A stretch of DNA of 64,000 bases from Eledone cirrhosa (lineage: Eukaryota): contig OZ024743.1 of the NCBI GenBank assembly GCA_964016885.1, positions 192,014,001-192,078,000 on the forward strand, written 5' to 3'. Shown one piece after another: positions 13,728-27,704 of this stretch (position 1 is its first letter; each line of letters opens with the position of its first letter). Under the pieces are notes generated by a model, which saw only the letters and a program-made list of their open reading frames with translations, made no database searches and was not told the origin of the DNA. Both the position numbers and the translations under genes were made by a program.

Positions 13728-13788
<61 letters not shown>

Positions 13789-15159
13789 GTGTGTATGTAT
13801 TTACATGGTAAGTGTGGTGAATTGTTGAAATTTTTTGTAGTTGGCCACCACAAAAAATCATGGAATTGATGTAACTAATAAAATTATCATTGCTGAATGT
13901 AAAATTGTTTAGTCATAACAGCAGGTTAGTGTTACAGTTTATTTCATTCACACACACATGTGCATGTGACAGAAATCCTTTCAGAAAATGAGGTACCAGT
14001 GAACACTACCTTTGTCTTTGCAGCATTGATTTTCTTGCTAACATACGATATGTACACCTTGAGACATTCCACAGTTGATTAAACGTTGATGTAATAATTA
14101 CCAATTATAACAACAACACGATTGTGAAGTCTTAGTGGTGATGGAATTGGATTCACAATTGCAAGGCTGCAAGATTAATTTCTGAACCGGGTGACACTTT
14201 ATTTCACATTGCTAGTAGTTGCAACTGGTAGATAGTATCAGCAATGGAAAGAACAATGAAAACATTGCTTCCTTGGTCCAATTTGCTGAGTTCCACTTGG
14301 CTGCAATATCTAGCAAACTGGGCAGATAGGAATCCAAGAAGTCAATGTGTTTTGACTTCTTGGATCCCTCAGCAAATTTGTAGTAAGGTTGCTTGGATGC
14401 GTCGATAGGTGGTATGCCAGTTGAGAACTCTATGCTCCTTCCGAGCAGAGTATAATAATATGGAAAACAAAGAATCAGTGTTGCATCGGAACACAATTTA
14501 TTTCTCCGGCGAACAACTCGAGGTGCGATCTGTTTGTGGATCGAACCTGACTCTGGATTCGCAAGTTCCTTAGATACGTCTAGTGATTTCGAAGCAAATT
14601 CTCTTTCTGCTGGACTCCGGCCCTTTGAATATCTATCATCTGCCATCATCCTGTTTGCGCAGCCCGTCGATTGGTTGATAGTTCGAGTCATCATCTGTGT
14701 ATTTGACCATTCAAATCAGCCCGCTGACCATCTCCATTCAGGCGTGAGCTGTCACTCACCTTAATTCTGTCGCCAAAAATTTACTGCTATTTGGGCGAGG
14801 TGTTATGAACTGCCTTGCCACTCCCTGGCTTGCCCATTGACCTACACATATACACCCAGACACTTGTGTGCTCACACATATACAGACATTCCGAGCCATT
14901 GATCGCACACTTACCTATGTGCACACACACAGAGCGCGTTTGCGTTCCCACGTGTACATACATATATTCATCCCTCGTATATAGGTACATGCATACACAG
15001 ATATACGCACACATGTACACATAAGGGACCCACAGATATACATATATCTATACATACACAGTCACACACATACATATACCCGTATGTACACACACCCATA
15101 CACACATGTACGTACACATATGAAAAGATGATAGGACCGAACCTTATGTACCCAGAAAA

Positions 15160-16420
15160 CCGAGGATATCCATTAAGGATCACAAATTAGTCTTTAGGAC
15201 TAACTCCCTGTTAAGTCAATAGCACCCTCCAAGTCAGACCTAGGTAGGGCCAGTAAAAATATCATAGATAGGATCCTATCGGTACTTAGGACTAGAACTA
15301 GGCTTAGCTTATGGACTACCATCAAGGAGGTAATAGACTGGTTCTCGCTATTGGATAGCAAACATCAGGTAAATTTTATTCAGCTGGACATAGCGAATTA
15401 CTACGCGTTCGTATCACCAGTAATCGTGAACAAGACCTTCACGAGCGCCATAGCTAAGTCCAACATCACTAGAGGGGAAGTAGACATTATAATAGCAGTG
15501 AGAAAGATGTTAATTAGGTTTGACGATAAATTATGGGAAAGGAGGGACAGACCTGATAGTTTCGACATCACGATGGGGTCGAGCGACTCAGCGCAGGTGA
15601 CGGATCTGGTGGGAATCTATCTCCTCCAAAAGCTAACGGAGGAGATCCCAGAGATAGGCAGAGGAATATATAGCTACGACACACTATTTACCTGACGCTC
15701 CCTAAACCCCAACCAGCTGGAGCATATGAGGAAGCGCATATCACATTTTTTCAAACAGCCCGGTTTATCCATGCTGATAGACCCTAGCTCTAGGACGGTG
15801 AATTTCCTAGATGTAACTTTAGAACTGAATAAAGGCATACACCGGCCTTACCACAAGCCCAATGAGAACCTACAATGTGTAAACAGGCACTTGAACCACC
15901 CCAAGTCTGTAATAGACACCATAGTAAAAGGGGTCTCCAACCGCATATCCACCCTGCCGGCTAACGCAGATGTGTTCAACCAGCATGCCGATTATTATAA
16001 TGAGGCACTGCGCAGGGCTGGTTACACAGAATCCATAGTGTATACCCCAGAAAGGGAAAGGCCTAGCAACGAGAAACATACGTGGACATTAATAGTACTT
16101 TCATAGGTAGGCAGAACACCCGGGAACACGCATCTATTACTAGGGCTAGTAATATAGGTTACCGCAGGGACATAAAACTGACACTAAGATAGACGAAGGT
16201 ACACAGGGACTATAGACCACATAGCACACGCCGACAGAATCTCAACACAAACACAATACGCGATGAGGGAACTAGAGCTAGTGACAGAGTAAAGGCAGCA
16301 CAGGACGTGGAACCAGATAGAGGGAATACTTGGATCAATAGCATAGGCATAGCTCCAACAGTAACACCAGATAGCAATAATGGGATTACCATTAGGGCCG
16401 ACACAATAGAACAGAATATA
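15160..16420 (+). mobile_element. Naiad-type Penelope-like RT fragment (degenerate)
   Basis: KDHK, IDWF, FIQLDI, FDITMGSSDSAQVTDLVGIYLL, VNFLDVTLEL..G..RPYHKPN, NHPKSVI, YNEALRRAGY; catalytic DD decayed or frameshifted. Confidence 0.85.
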
Positions 16421-16699
16421 ATTTTACATATGGAAAACCAGTAAATTAAACATGAAAAAACTTTTGAAAAGCTGTTTTAAGCAAAACTGGTCCAGTACAA
16501 AACTATCCTTTTTGATGTAAAACATTTTTTTTTCCATTGTTTGCTATACATGTAATATGTGTATAAGTTAAAAACACATTAGGTGCTTTTTTCAAATCTT
16601 TATCATTTTTCACATATATATATATACATATGTATAGAGGTAGAACACTGGAAGGTAATACCCGTAGTGGTAGAGCACTCAGTCCATGGGACGAGTTAG

Positions 16700-16836
16700 G
16701 TAGAAGTGGTAGCACAACAGTTAGTTCACCAATTGTTTCACCTTAGTGGATCTTCAGCTCATAATTGGCTGAAGATCCACTAAGGTGAAACAATTGTTCT
16801 CAGTATGGTGAACTAACTGTTGTGTTACCACTTCTA
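16700..16836. repeat. Palindromic junction of two hammerhead-bearing arms
   Basis: caattgtttcaccttagtggatcttcagc / gctgaagatccactaaggtgaaacaattg plus outer arms. Confidence 0.8.
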
Positions 16837-16899
16837 TATATATATATATATATTGCATTGGTTTTAATTAAAAATAGATATGACAATCAATATAAAAAA

Positions 16900-17475
16900 A
16901 GTGCAGGGCAATCAAAATTGATGGAAGTTATGGAGTAGGTAGACCCAGAAAAACCTAGGATGACATGAAAAATTCCGACCTTGCACACTTGCACCTCTCT
17001 AAGACAATGTCACTGGATCGAGATTTTTGGCGTCATACAGTAATACAGAAGACCCACCTTCCCTACATGCGAGGTTAACCTACAGTCAGTAGGCCCCTCC
17101 AAACCAAACATACACCTCAATCCACTACCCCTACTCCATCCTCCCACTCCCGCCAACACCGCCATTTCCCTATAAAGTTATGTTAGTACCACAACATCCA
17201 GTCCAAATTAATGAGATCGTGTAGGTGTCACAACAAAAAAACACACAGTCCACGCTGTAATGTGGTTGTGTAGATAACACGGTAAAAAGCTCCCAGTCCA
17301 CACTGTAAATGTTGTTAGTGTTAGGAAGGGCTTCCAGCGGTAGAAAACCTGTCAGATAGTCCTATGGAAGCGAGACACGGTCACCCGACCAATCTTGCCT
17401 CAAGTGGGACAACTCCCGTCTAACCCATGCTAGCGTGGAAGATAGACGTTAAACGATCATCATGATGATGATGAT
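16900..17475 (+). mobile_element. RTE family A 3' end fragment
   Basis: [18 protein letters not shown] coding remnant, 3' UTR, (GAT)n. Confidence 0.85.
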
Positions 17476-18438
17476 ATCTGAATGGACACTAGTGTTTATC
17501 CATCGATACAAACAATAGCAACCATGCTTTTAGCATGTAGATGAAAACCTGGATTGTACCATTATGTAATGCAAAGAGCAGGGTACCTGCTCAGTTTACT
17601 TAATCTGCTAAAAACAAACCAAATATTTTCCTACTGCCTTAAAAATAGAAAGCCACAATAGATTTTAATGTTTCTGGTGTATTGTGCACAGTGCTTTGCA
17701 AAGAGATAAGACAGTTGCAGATGGAAGGACTTTGGTCATAAGCCTGCTCAATTAAGAGAAGCCTAGGGCCAAATAGCAATTAGATTTTTTTTATTATTTG
17801 TATTGTGTTTTGAAGTTCATGGGTTTTGGTTATAGTGCACTATGAATTTTAAAAAAATTGTAATAGCATGAAAAAAGGGATTGCAGCATGGCTGGACAAA
17901 ATGGATAAGAGAAAATAATCAAAGACAAAAGAATATAATACCGGATCTCTTTAGCTGAAACAGACAGCCATAGAAAGTAGTTGTTTACTTAGAAATGGAC
18001 AACTGAAACAAGTGGAGCTGACAGAGAGCAGGGAAGTGAATGACAAGATCAACAGGGTCTAAAAGCATTATAATATTTAAACTCAGAGATACAATCTAGT
18101 TTCTCTGAAAAGAACACAAAGGAGATTAGATAAGGCATTAGATTCTGCAGATACAATATTTACACGAGTGCAATGGATGCAATAGAGGTGAGATGGGTCA
18201 CTTCTTCACAGTGATCATAGGTAGACTTATCTGAAATGAAATATGGCAAGCTCAGCATAATTTAATAGGAAATGCAAAAGAAAATATATATCAAGTCTGA
18301 AATTAGTATTACATCCATACAGCTATTATACCCCTCAAAAGATTCAAAATATAGATCTGTGGAACACGTATATATAATTATGTATATATATATTAATGCA
18401 TGCAGATACATGCATACATACATATTATATATATATGT

Positions 18439-18473
<35 letters not shown>

Positions 18474-19358
18474 CATATATACACATATAAACATCATCAT
18501 CACAATTTGCATGGGTTAGACGGGTTATCCACGTTATGAGACAAGTCTAACCAGTTAGCCGTGCCATACCTTGCTAAAATGGAACTGTATTTTGGCTGGG
18601 ATTTTTACAGCTGCATGCCCTTTTTAACAACAACCACGTTAACAGTATGGAACTGAGTGGCCCTGTAATGAGACAAGTCTGGCCAGATGGCTACGCCATA
18701 ACTTGCACGTATCGTGACTGAGTGTTGGCTGGTTTTTTACGGCTGTTGGATGCCCTTAATACAACCAAACATGTTTACAGTGTGGAGCTGAGTGACATTG
18801 CTATACATATATGTATCATTTTTAAGTTGGCGTTGCCATACTGGCATGAGTTATGCATGGTTTTTTGCTGCAATGTTTTACATACAGATGCTCTTCCTGA
18901 CACCAACCTTTTAGTTGCTTCTTACGATATGCAGCAGATGTAGAGTGCACTCTTATGGATGTTTCCAACCATCATGCTCATGTTCTACTTCCAGGTTTCC
19001 TGCCAGTTGGTTTTGCTTGTAAAATCTGTTTTGCAATTCTTTTCCTCAGACATTTTAACCACAGATCCATAATACGAGAGCTGTAATCTCATGAAGTAGA
19101 GAATTAGCAGCTCTCCCTGGAGTGATCCTCTGATCTCCAAGTTATGCACTCTATCAAGTAATGTTATTCTAGAGACCCTTTAGTGGAACCCCATTTTGGC
19201 CACTAGTATTTGCGTTCATACTATTTTTAACATTACCTAAGATTCATGACCATATGTTAGGTTGACACAAATACCAAATTGAAAAGAGTGAGTTTGGCTT
19301 TTACCAAATACAAAATTTACAAATAATAGAAGGAAATAAATTAAATAAATAGTATGAT

Positions 19359-19686
19359 GGAGGCACATGGCTTAGTGGTTAGAGCATTGGCCTTGCAATC
19401 GAAAGGTTGTGAGTTCAATTCTCAAACCAGGTGATGTGTTGTTTCCTTGAGCAAGACACTTTATTTCACATTGTTCCAGTTTACTCAGCTGTAGAATTGA
19501 TAGGGACTGGAGTCCATATCATTCCACTGCAAAGTGGTCGTGGAGGTGCCACGGCAAAAAAGCACCCAGCACTCACTGTAAATGAGGATGGTGTTAGGAA
19601 GGGCATCCAGCTGTAGAAATCAAGCCACAATCAGTTCCCGTCCCACCCTTGCAGGCAGAGAAAAGCGGACGTAAAATAATGATGAT
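19359..19686 (+). mobile_element. tRNA-derived SINE with RTE-derived body and tail
   Basis: A box TGGCTTAGTGG, B box GAGTTCAATTC, core ccttgagcaagacactttatttcac, ggaagggcatccagc module, tail matching the family C 3' end. Confidence 0.85.
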
Positions 19687-22371
19687 ATAATATAAAAAAT
19701 ACATCTAATACTCCAACCAATACTATCAATACTAACACTAAAGTAAGAGAAACCAAACAGATATATTACTCTGTATGTATTCAGGTGAATTTATATTCCC
19801 ACTTGTTGCAACAAATGAGGAAATCCCTCAAAAAAAAAAAGGAAACATTACAGTCAGATTATATGTAGAAAAAATATTCATTTTGGTCACATGAAAACAA
19901 TAATACAGCATTACTTTAGTTGTATTCCTCAATCAACCACAGGAGTACTCCCTAGCAATACTTAAAACATATTAAATATCATTTTTAGTAAAAGAATTAA
20001 AAAAACATTTGCATAATTACAGTAAATATTAACAAAGTATTTGGATTTATGTTTCAACAACTTTGATTTCATATTCCATGCTGGATTATCCAATTTGCTA
20101 AACTAACACAGTTCACTCAGAGTAAATTCCAAGGAAACTGCTGCCATGTTATCAATAATTTTGTCACAACCAAACCACCATGACATAACGTTTGTTTATT
20201 AGAACCTTAATATGGTTGGAGTGAATTGGCAAAGTTGTTAGAATGTCAGATAGAAAACTTTACGGTATTTATTCTGATTCTCTGCTCTCTGAGTTCGAAT
20301 CTCACTGAGATCAACTTTGCCCTTCATCCTTTCAAGGTCGATAAAAAATGTACCAGTAGAGTACTGGAGTTGATTCTTCCTCTATGTCTCTTTCTTACTT
20401 ATTCTCTCACACTTTCTTTCCTTTTCTGGAAGAAATTTGATGTGTTCAAACCTGGAGAGGGGTGGGTTCTGCCAGGCTTAAAATACACCAAAACAGCAAC
20501 AGCCATATGTCACTATGGTGCCACTGCAATCATCACTAGTTACAGGATCTTACCATATCATATTCCACGGTTGCAGCATCACTCTCTTCACTCCACAACA
20601 ATGATATGTCTAACACTGCATGCAACATTATAGCATAAACTTCTCCACATCTAAAGTTAAGTTGTCTGTTAAAGGTGTTTTCATGGTTATACTTCAATAG
20701 AAGGCCCTTTAGGGATTTGTAGGTGATGTTAAGTTTAGCTTTAAATAATTGTGCTTTCATATCATTGAAGTTAAAGGTGGTGGCGACAGCAATGGTAGTG
20801 GCGACAGCAATGGTAGTGGTGACGGCGGTATGATGGCGACAGAAGGGGTGACAGCTGTGGCAACAACAACAACAACAACAATGATGATGACTTTCTAGTC
20901 CTATGCCCGTAGTAACGGAGCAGTGATCCCTCAATATAGAGAAGTAGCAGCTCTACATGGAGCAAACTTCTGATTTCCAAGCTACGTATTTTATCAAATA
21001 ACGTCATTCCAAAGACACTGCAGAGGAACCCCATTTCACCTGCTTGTATTTGCAATCATATTCTTTCACTCATTAACCAAGATCCATGCTCCCTTTCAAA
21101 CCCTAAACAATGTTTGATAATTTACCTTTTTAATATAATCAAACCGAAATCCATTCAACTTCTGCAATTATATGTATAACTTAGACACAAACATTAAGTA
21201 AACACATCCTAAAAACACTAAATTTAAATACTCTAAAACTTGCAATATCAATTTGTTATTGAAAAGAAGACTACATAGAACAGAAACACCTAATAAACAC
21301 CAGGGGATTTCATTTGCCCTTATGTGATGGAGATCATCATGTCAACCTTTGATGCAGTCTCCATCAACACTTTAGCATTTACATTATTCTATAGTTACTA
21401 TTATATTTTCACAGTAAAGGCTTTGCCTAACATAATTATCTCACATAATATCGAATCTATGAGATATTGATGTTATTTATTTTGAAAACAATACCTTAAC
21501 ATCAGTTTGAGCAGAAAGAGGTGAGAGAATTCTGGCCATATCTGGCCAGTTTAAATGCTAAAGGGTTAAAGCTACCTGACCTAAAATGTGATTAGTGAAT
21601 GTAATTCAATATAGTTCTGCCTTCCAGTTTACTCAGAATATAATGAAATGTTGATTAACTGTGAATATAATGCAACCCAGTTCTAAACCATATTAAAAGG
21701 CATAACAGATTTGTTCCTATATGTTCAATCAAATTTTTATGTAACACAGATCTTTTCATGCAGACATACATTACAATAACAACACCAACAAGAAATCGAA
21801 TATCATCATCAGCCTCATCATTGTCTTTATGTCAATTTTTTGTACTGGTATGGATTAAACAAAACTTTCTTTGAAGCAGTATACTATGGCCCATCACAAT
21901 GCTAACTCTTAGGTTTTTATATATGGTACTTATCACATAGATCTTCACTTGTCAAACCATTAAGCTGTGGGACATTGTTTACATGGATCATAGGCAAACA
22001 TCACTGCTTATTTCTCTCATAAGTCATAAATGGAGAGAAACACATACACACATGCACATATATATGTGCGACAGCTTCTGTCCACCAAATTTCATTTATA
22101 AGGCATTGTTCAGCCCAAGGATATGGAAGAAGACACTTGACCGAGGTATCACACTGTAGGATCATACTTCAAACCATGTAGTTGTGAAGTAAATATTTTA
22201 ACCATACTGCCAAATTTTTTAACCATACTGTCTTGAATAGAAAAGGGATAATAATTAAACTTTAAAAAGAAAAAAAGTAGTTAGATATTTCACAATATTA
22301 ATTTTAAAATCATATATCTGAAAAGGTGTGTGTGTGTGTGTGTGTTGACCCTCAATTAGTTATGCTGATGA

Positions 22372-22650
22372 GTGTTTCAGTTGGTACAATCAATGGAACA
22401 GCCTGTTCATGAAATTAACAAGCAAGTAGGTAAGCATTTCACAAACATGTACCCTTAACATAATTCTCAGGGAGATTCAGCATGACAGTGTGTGCTGGCC
22501 CTTTGAATTACAGGGACAACTCTTTTTACCAGCTGAGTGAACTCAAGCAATGTGAAATAAAGTGCTTTGCTCAAGGACACAATATACCTTCTGGAATCAT
22601 AACCTTACGATCATGAGCCAAACACTCTAACCACTAATCCATGCACCTTC
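22372..22650 (-). mobile_element. tRNA-SINE, reverse strand (related decayed copy at ~23405-23590)
   Basis: Reverse complement has tggattagtggttagagtg and tgtgtccttgagcaaagcactttatttcac. Confidence 0.7.
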
Positions 22651-22916
22651 ACATATCTGAATATCAAAGCATATTTTAAAATGATATATTTTGGGTAAGA
22701 TAAGAATTTGAAAGTAGGTTGCATTCATTTCAAGAGAGACATTATACATGCACACACCCACAACATTGACAACAAAAAAACAACAACAACAAAATGAAAA
22801 CAACAGTGACAACAACAACCACAGTTATGATGACAACAACAACAATGAGAACAAAATTTATAACTTTAAACAAAAGCTGACTTCATGATAAATGAGATAC
22901 AATAAATTCAACTAAC

Positions 22917-23088
22917 GTCATCCCATTGTCTTGCTTTCACCCAGAGATTAATTATCGACTTTATATCTCCCATTTTGTGATACACCTCTGCAGCCAGGGA
23001 ATACTTTTCCATTCTCATCAGGTAACTTCCGCACAGATTCAGAATCTCTTGATCTGTTTTGTCAAGTTTACGTGCCAAACGAATAAGC
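22917..23088 (-). CDS. IFT122: IFT122 coding exon (after ~31 kb intron)
   Basis: tttcag|G completes AT+G=Met; LIRLARKLDKTDQEILNLCGSYLMRMEKYSLAAEVYHKMGDIKSIINLWVKARQWDD|gttagt; 172 bp. Confidence 0.95.
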
Positions 23089-24421
23089 CTGAAATAGGAA
23101 TAAGTAAAACAATTATAGTAATGTAAAATCAATATTTCTTCCATACTCACAGATGAGGCTCTTTCAAATAAAAGCAGACATAACTGAGAATGCACTGAAC
23201 AAATCAAAAAGCCTTAAGTTGAAAGCTATAAGTTAATTATTAATATATCATTTTGACAATCCAATTGACTTGTTCTATAGTATAAAAGGTATAATATATA
23301 TCCTACATAGTAGTAGTAGTTGTAGTAGTAAATACATGTGTGTGTGTGAATGTGAGTGTGTGTGCATGCGTGTGAGCATGTATTATACATATGCTATTTG
23401 TTGAATCTCTGTCAGTTCCACAGCTGAGTCTTCCAATTGATTCAATCAATGGGGCAGCCTGCTTGTGAAATTGATGTTGAATAGTTGAGCATTCTACAGT
23501 CATGTGTAGTTTTAACAGAGTTATCAGGGTGATTCATCACAACACAGTTTATGAATGAAGCAAAGTGTTTTGGTCAAGGACACAATGTTACACACACACA
23601 CACAAATATGTGTTTGTTTGTGAGCATGTGTGTGTGTGTGTATAACATCATCACCATCATTGATTAACCTCTATACACTTATAATTATATGCATACATAC
23701 GTATACAAGCAGACATATCTACATAGTTACCAGCATTCCCTGATAAAAAAAAAATGTTACCATGTGTCAGTAATCAATATAAAATATAGGGTTTCTCTTA
23801 TACCAACAATCAGTTTATCAAAACACAAATATCCCAGCTTATGTGATTGTTCATATACCTGGCAACAATATATATGACGTTAATCCCGGTCTTCAAAAAT
23901 TAAATATTTTCAACAATATCACCATCATTGTTGATGGCACAGATTCCCTAGTAGTTATTAAGAAACTAAACATTTGGTTTCAGATTTTTTTTGATCATTT
24001 TTATATATTTTTTTTATTTTTCAATTACTATTGATACAGGTTTGTGAAATCAGTACTTGTCAGATAGGACAATGCACTGGAAATGATTCTAGAGGCAATC
24101 ATTGCTGGATTTAACAGATACTCCCCTCTGGCACTAAGCTGAATGAGTGTGTGTGTGTGTTTGACATAAAATACAAGAAATGGTGGCAGTTTACCGCTTA
24201 AGTTCTACATCTCCAGCAAAAGGCAAAAAATTCATAATAGGAATTGAGTGAAAATTAGAAGATTAGTAGATAAAAGAAGATATATAGACAATGAAGAAGT
24301 GCTGGATAACTAGGCAGTGGCATGAAGCATTAGTTACAGAAAACAGAAACAAACTCTGTAACATGTATAATCACAGAGTAAATATAAAATAGACATTATC
24401 AGTAATTGTAACATTAGTGCA

Positions 24422-24658
24422 TAATTTGAAATGTATGTGCATGTTAGCTTAAAATAAGTTGCTTCAATGCAAATTTTATGACCATGGAAAATAGTCACGC
24501 AAGTTAGGCATATAAGCTCCTAGAGATGGAAAAATTGGATAGTTCAAGTCTTCCAAGTGATATTGACTACTTTTTCCATCTTTAGGGGCTTATATGCCCA
24601 ACTTGTTTAACTAGCTTTCATAATCAAAAATCCCATGTTGAAGCAGCTTATCTTAAGC
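24422..24658. mobile_element. Foldback/MITE-like element interrupted by the hAT insertion (right arm resumes at 25842-25870)
   Basis: Imperfect inverted arms, e.g. gcatataagctcctagagatggaaaaa / tttttccatctttaggggcttatatgc and gcttaaaataagttgcttcaa / ttgaagcagcttatcttaagc. Confidence 0.7.
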
Positions 24659-25810
24659 CAGGGGTGGGCAAACTAGAGCCCGCGAGCCAAATGTGACCTG
24701 TTAAAGAGTTTTGTGCGGAAGCATTTGACGAATTAATAAAATTAAAATAAACAAATTTTCGTATATAATACTTAAGCTGAGACTAGATCTAGTTACATTT
24801 TGAGAAGAGAGACTGAGGGCAGGAGTGACCATTTTATTTCAAATAACAGGCTCAACATAACAACTGTGCATGTGCAGCTGTTGACATCTGCATTTCGTTT
24901 CCACAACAATGCCATGACATAATTTCTTTTGACCGTAATAATGACTTCTGGTAAAAAGCTCAAAATTGACCAAGAATGTCATATATTCCAAGAAGATTGG
25001 CTACACAAGTATTTCTTTACCAATGCTGAGAATAAAGCGGTATGTTTGCTGTGTCAAGAGACAATTGCTGTGTTCAAAGAGTACAATTTAAAGTGACATC
25101 ATCAAACAAAACACGACGGTTTAGGTCTGAACATGTCCAATGAAGAATGTAGGAGAAAGGCAATGGATTTTGTGACAAAACTAAACAAGCAAAAAACTAT
25201 GTTTACAAAAGTATCGTCACATCATGAGAGTGCCGTAGAAGCAGGTTTTATTGTAGCATACAATCTTGCAAAAAACAACAAACCATTCTCAGATGGAAAG
25301 TTTCTAAAACAATGCATGATGGATTGCACAAGCATTGTGTGCCTTGAAGTGAAAGATAAATTTGAAAGCATTTCATGACCAAGACGGACTATTATACGAT
25401 GCATTAATGTAATAAGTAACGAGTTGACTCAACAGCAAGGGGATGCTACCAAAGATTTGTGTGGTACTCTGTAGCCCTAGATGAGAGTACTGACATCCAA
25501 GACACTGCTTAGTTACTCATCTTCATCATGGAGTGAATAAGAATTTTCATGTCACAGAAGGGCTCCTTTCACTAAAGCCCATGAAAAGCACAACAGGTCA
25601 GGATTTGTTTGAATATGTGGTCAATTGTGTTGATAAAAATGCTTTATTATGGGATAAGTTGACAAGCGTGACAACACATGGTGCCTGGGCATTAACAGGA
25701 AAAAATGCGGGCATGGTGAAACTCATTGAAAATCAGATCAGAAAAGGCCATCCTAATCATACCACTGCATTTTGCACCAAGAGAGCCTGTGTAAAGCTGC
25801 ACTGAACTTG
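24659..25810 (+). mobile_element. hAT (Buster/Charlie/SPIN-like, GTF2IRD2-type) DNA transposon remnant, right end missing
   Basis: Left TIR CAGGGGTGGGCAAACT; 8-bp target tctTAagc with central TA; transposase remnants KIDQECHIFQEDW..KYFF..VCLLCQETIAVFKEYNLK, KPFSDGKFLKQCM, ALDESTDIQDTA. Confidence 0.9.
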
Positions 25811-26475
25811 AAGCAAATTTTGAATGTATGTTAGCTTAAGACTTAAGCTAACATTCATTCAAAATTTGCTCAATGTTCTTGAATATAATTGATTCATTGG
25901 TGAACAAGGATTAACAGCTGTTTGGAATACAATAACTTTCTCTTTTCACAGAATTCTGTGGTCCACTAGGAAAGTACATTATCATTGATTTTTACAGTGC
26001 TAATTAGATGGGAGAAATCACTCATTGAATAGAACATTAGTCTATTGAAGACTACTTTTCCCATAGAAAGAACAATATGCAGCATTGTAAGCCAATAAAT
26101 TGCTCAGGAATTTTACATTGCAACTGCCACTTTGAATTATGAACTCTACTTCAAGTTGATTGGATATTGTAACATCGATAATACAATATGACAGCCAAAA
26201 TCTTGGCTGAGTGTCCATTAATCTAAAGAAAAGAGTTTGGGTCTGTAGTGATTCTACAATCTTGTCTGGACTCATCCTAACAAGATCAGTATCTACTCTA
26301 ATCAGATGAACATCTGAAACAATAATTTGCCCCAGTCAGTAACAAAATACACATAAACTGATTTATCTAATTTCATTAAACATAATTTTACTGTGGGCCA
26401 TTTTATAATATTGTTTCTTAGGTAACACGATACTCAAAAGCATATAAGTATGTACACACACAAGCATGTACATTA

Positions 26476-26515
<40 letters not shown>

Positions 26516-26519
26516 TATA

Positions 26520-26612
26520 GGAGCATTCCTCTCCGTATGAGATGTTATCTGGTGTACCACAGGGATCTGTTCTTGACCCTCTTTTGTTTGTGGCATATAT
26601 TAATGACATAGA
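26520..26612 (+). mobile_element. Short CR1/L2-type RT fragment
   Basis: SGVPQGSVLDPLLFVAYINDI. Confidence 0.65.
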
Positions 26613-26616
26613 TGCC

Positions 26617-27704
26617 ACACACTCCACACCCACATACATCGGCTCGAGGTCAAAGAAAAATATATACATATATATATATACACATCAACACAGTATTAAA
26701 CCCGTAGAGTTAGTGTGGGTGGGTACACACACACTCTTTCACACACACCGAAGCGATGTCCAAGAAAAAAACAAATATAAGAATGTACCAACACAGCACT
26801 CACCGAAAGTTAGTTCACAAAGCAACAGAAGCTATGTTGGTCAAATCTCAATTTGACGATGTAAATTGGAAATATTGGGTTAACCAACGCCCGATACATA
26901 CACACACACACACAAGCAAGTAAGTTCAGTTCATTGTTCTGCTATACGTGTATAGATCGAATTGTAACATCCATATCTTCAAGTGTATGTTATGGTATAT
27001 ACACATCCGAATCGTCCAAAAAAGGGGTATGTCCGGGTATATACACATCCATGTGAAGAGCAAGCAATCAGCTCATGTCGAACTCCTTGTGTACCGCTGT
27101 CCCATTGATAATCCGTGTCACCAAATCCGTGCGTGCAAGCAACCGCAATGTAGGCCGGCAAAGGGCTCCGTGTAGGGTTGGGTATTGGGTAAATGTGTCT
27201 GCAAGTGCGATTTCCCGTCATATGGGCCAATGAGCTTTTAAGATAGTTGTTTGGGTGGTGGAGGTGTGTTATCCAACACATCCTTTTTTGGGGGACGATT
27301 CGGATGTGTATATACCATAACATACACTTGAAGATATGGATGTTACAATTCGATCTATACACGTATAGTAGAACACTGAACTGAACTTACTTGCTTGTGT
27401 GTGTGTGTGTATGTATCGGGCGTTGGTTAACCCAATATTTCCAATTTACATCGTCAAATTGAGATTTGACCGACATAGTTTCTGTTGCTTTGTGAACTAA
27501 CTTTCGGTGAGTGCTGTGTTGGTACATTCTTATATTTGTTTTATTATATTTGTTTTTTTCTCGGACATCGCTTCGGTGTGTGTGAAAGAGTGTGTGTGTA
27601 CCCACCCACACTAACTCTATGGGTTTAATACTGTGTTGATGTGTGTATATATATGTATATATTTTTCTTTGACCTCGAGCCGATGTATGTGGGTGTGGAG
27701 TGTG
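26617..27704. repeat. ~410-bp inverted repeat pair
   Basis: 26617-27030 vs 27280-27704 are reverse complements with small indels. Confidence 0.9.

Noticed and set aside
15693-15695. In-frame TGA in the Naiad RT as possible selenocysteine
   Set aside because: Not at a Cys-homologous position and the copy has several other lesions
19359-19430. tRNA-like A/B boxes
   Set aside because: SINE heads continuing into core and RTE tail; no complete cloverleaf
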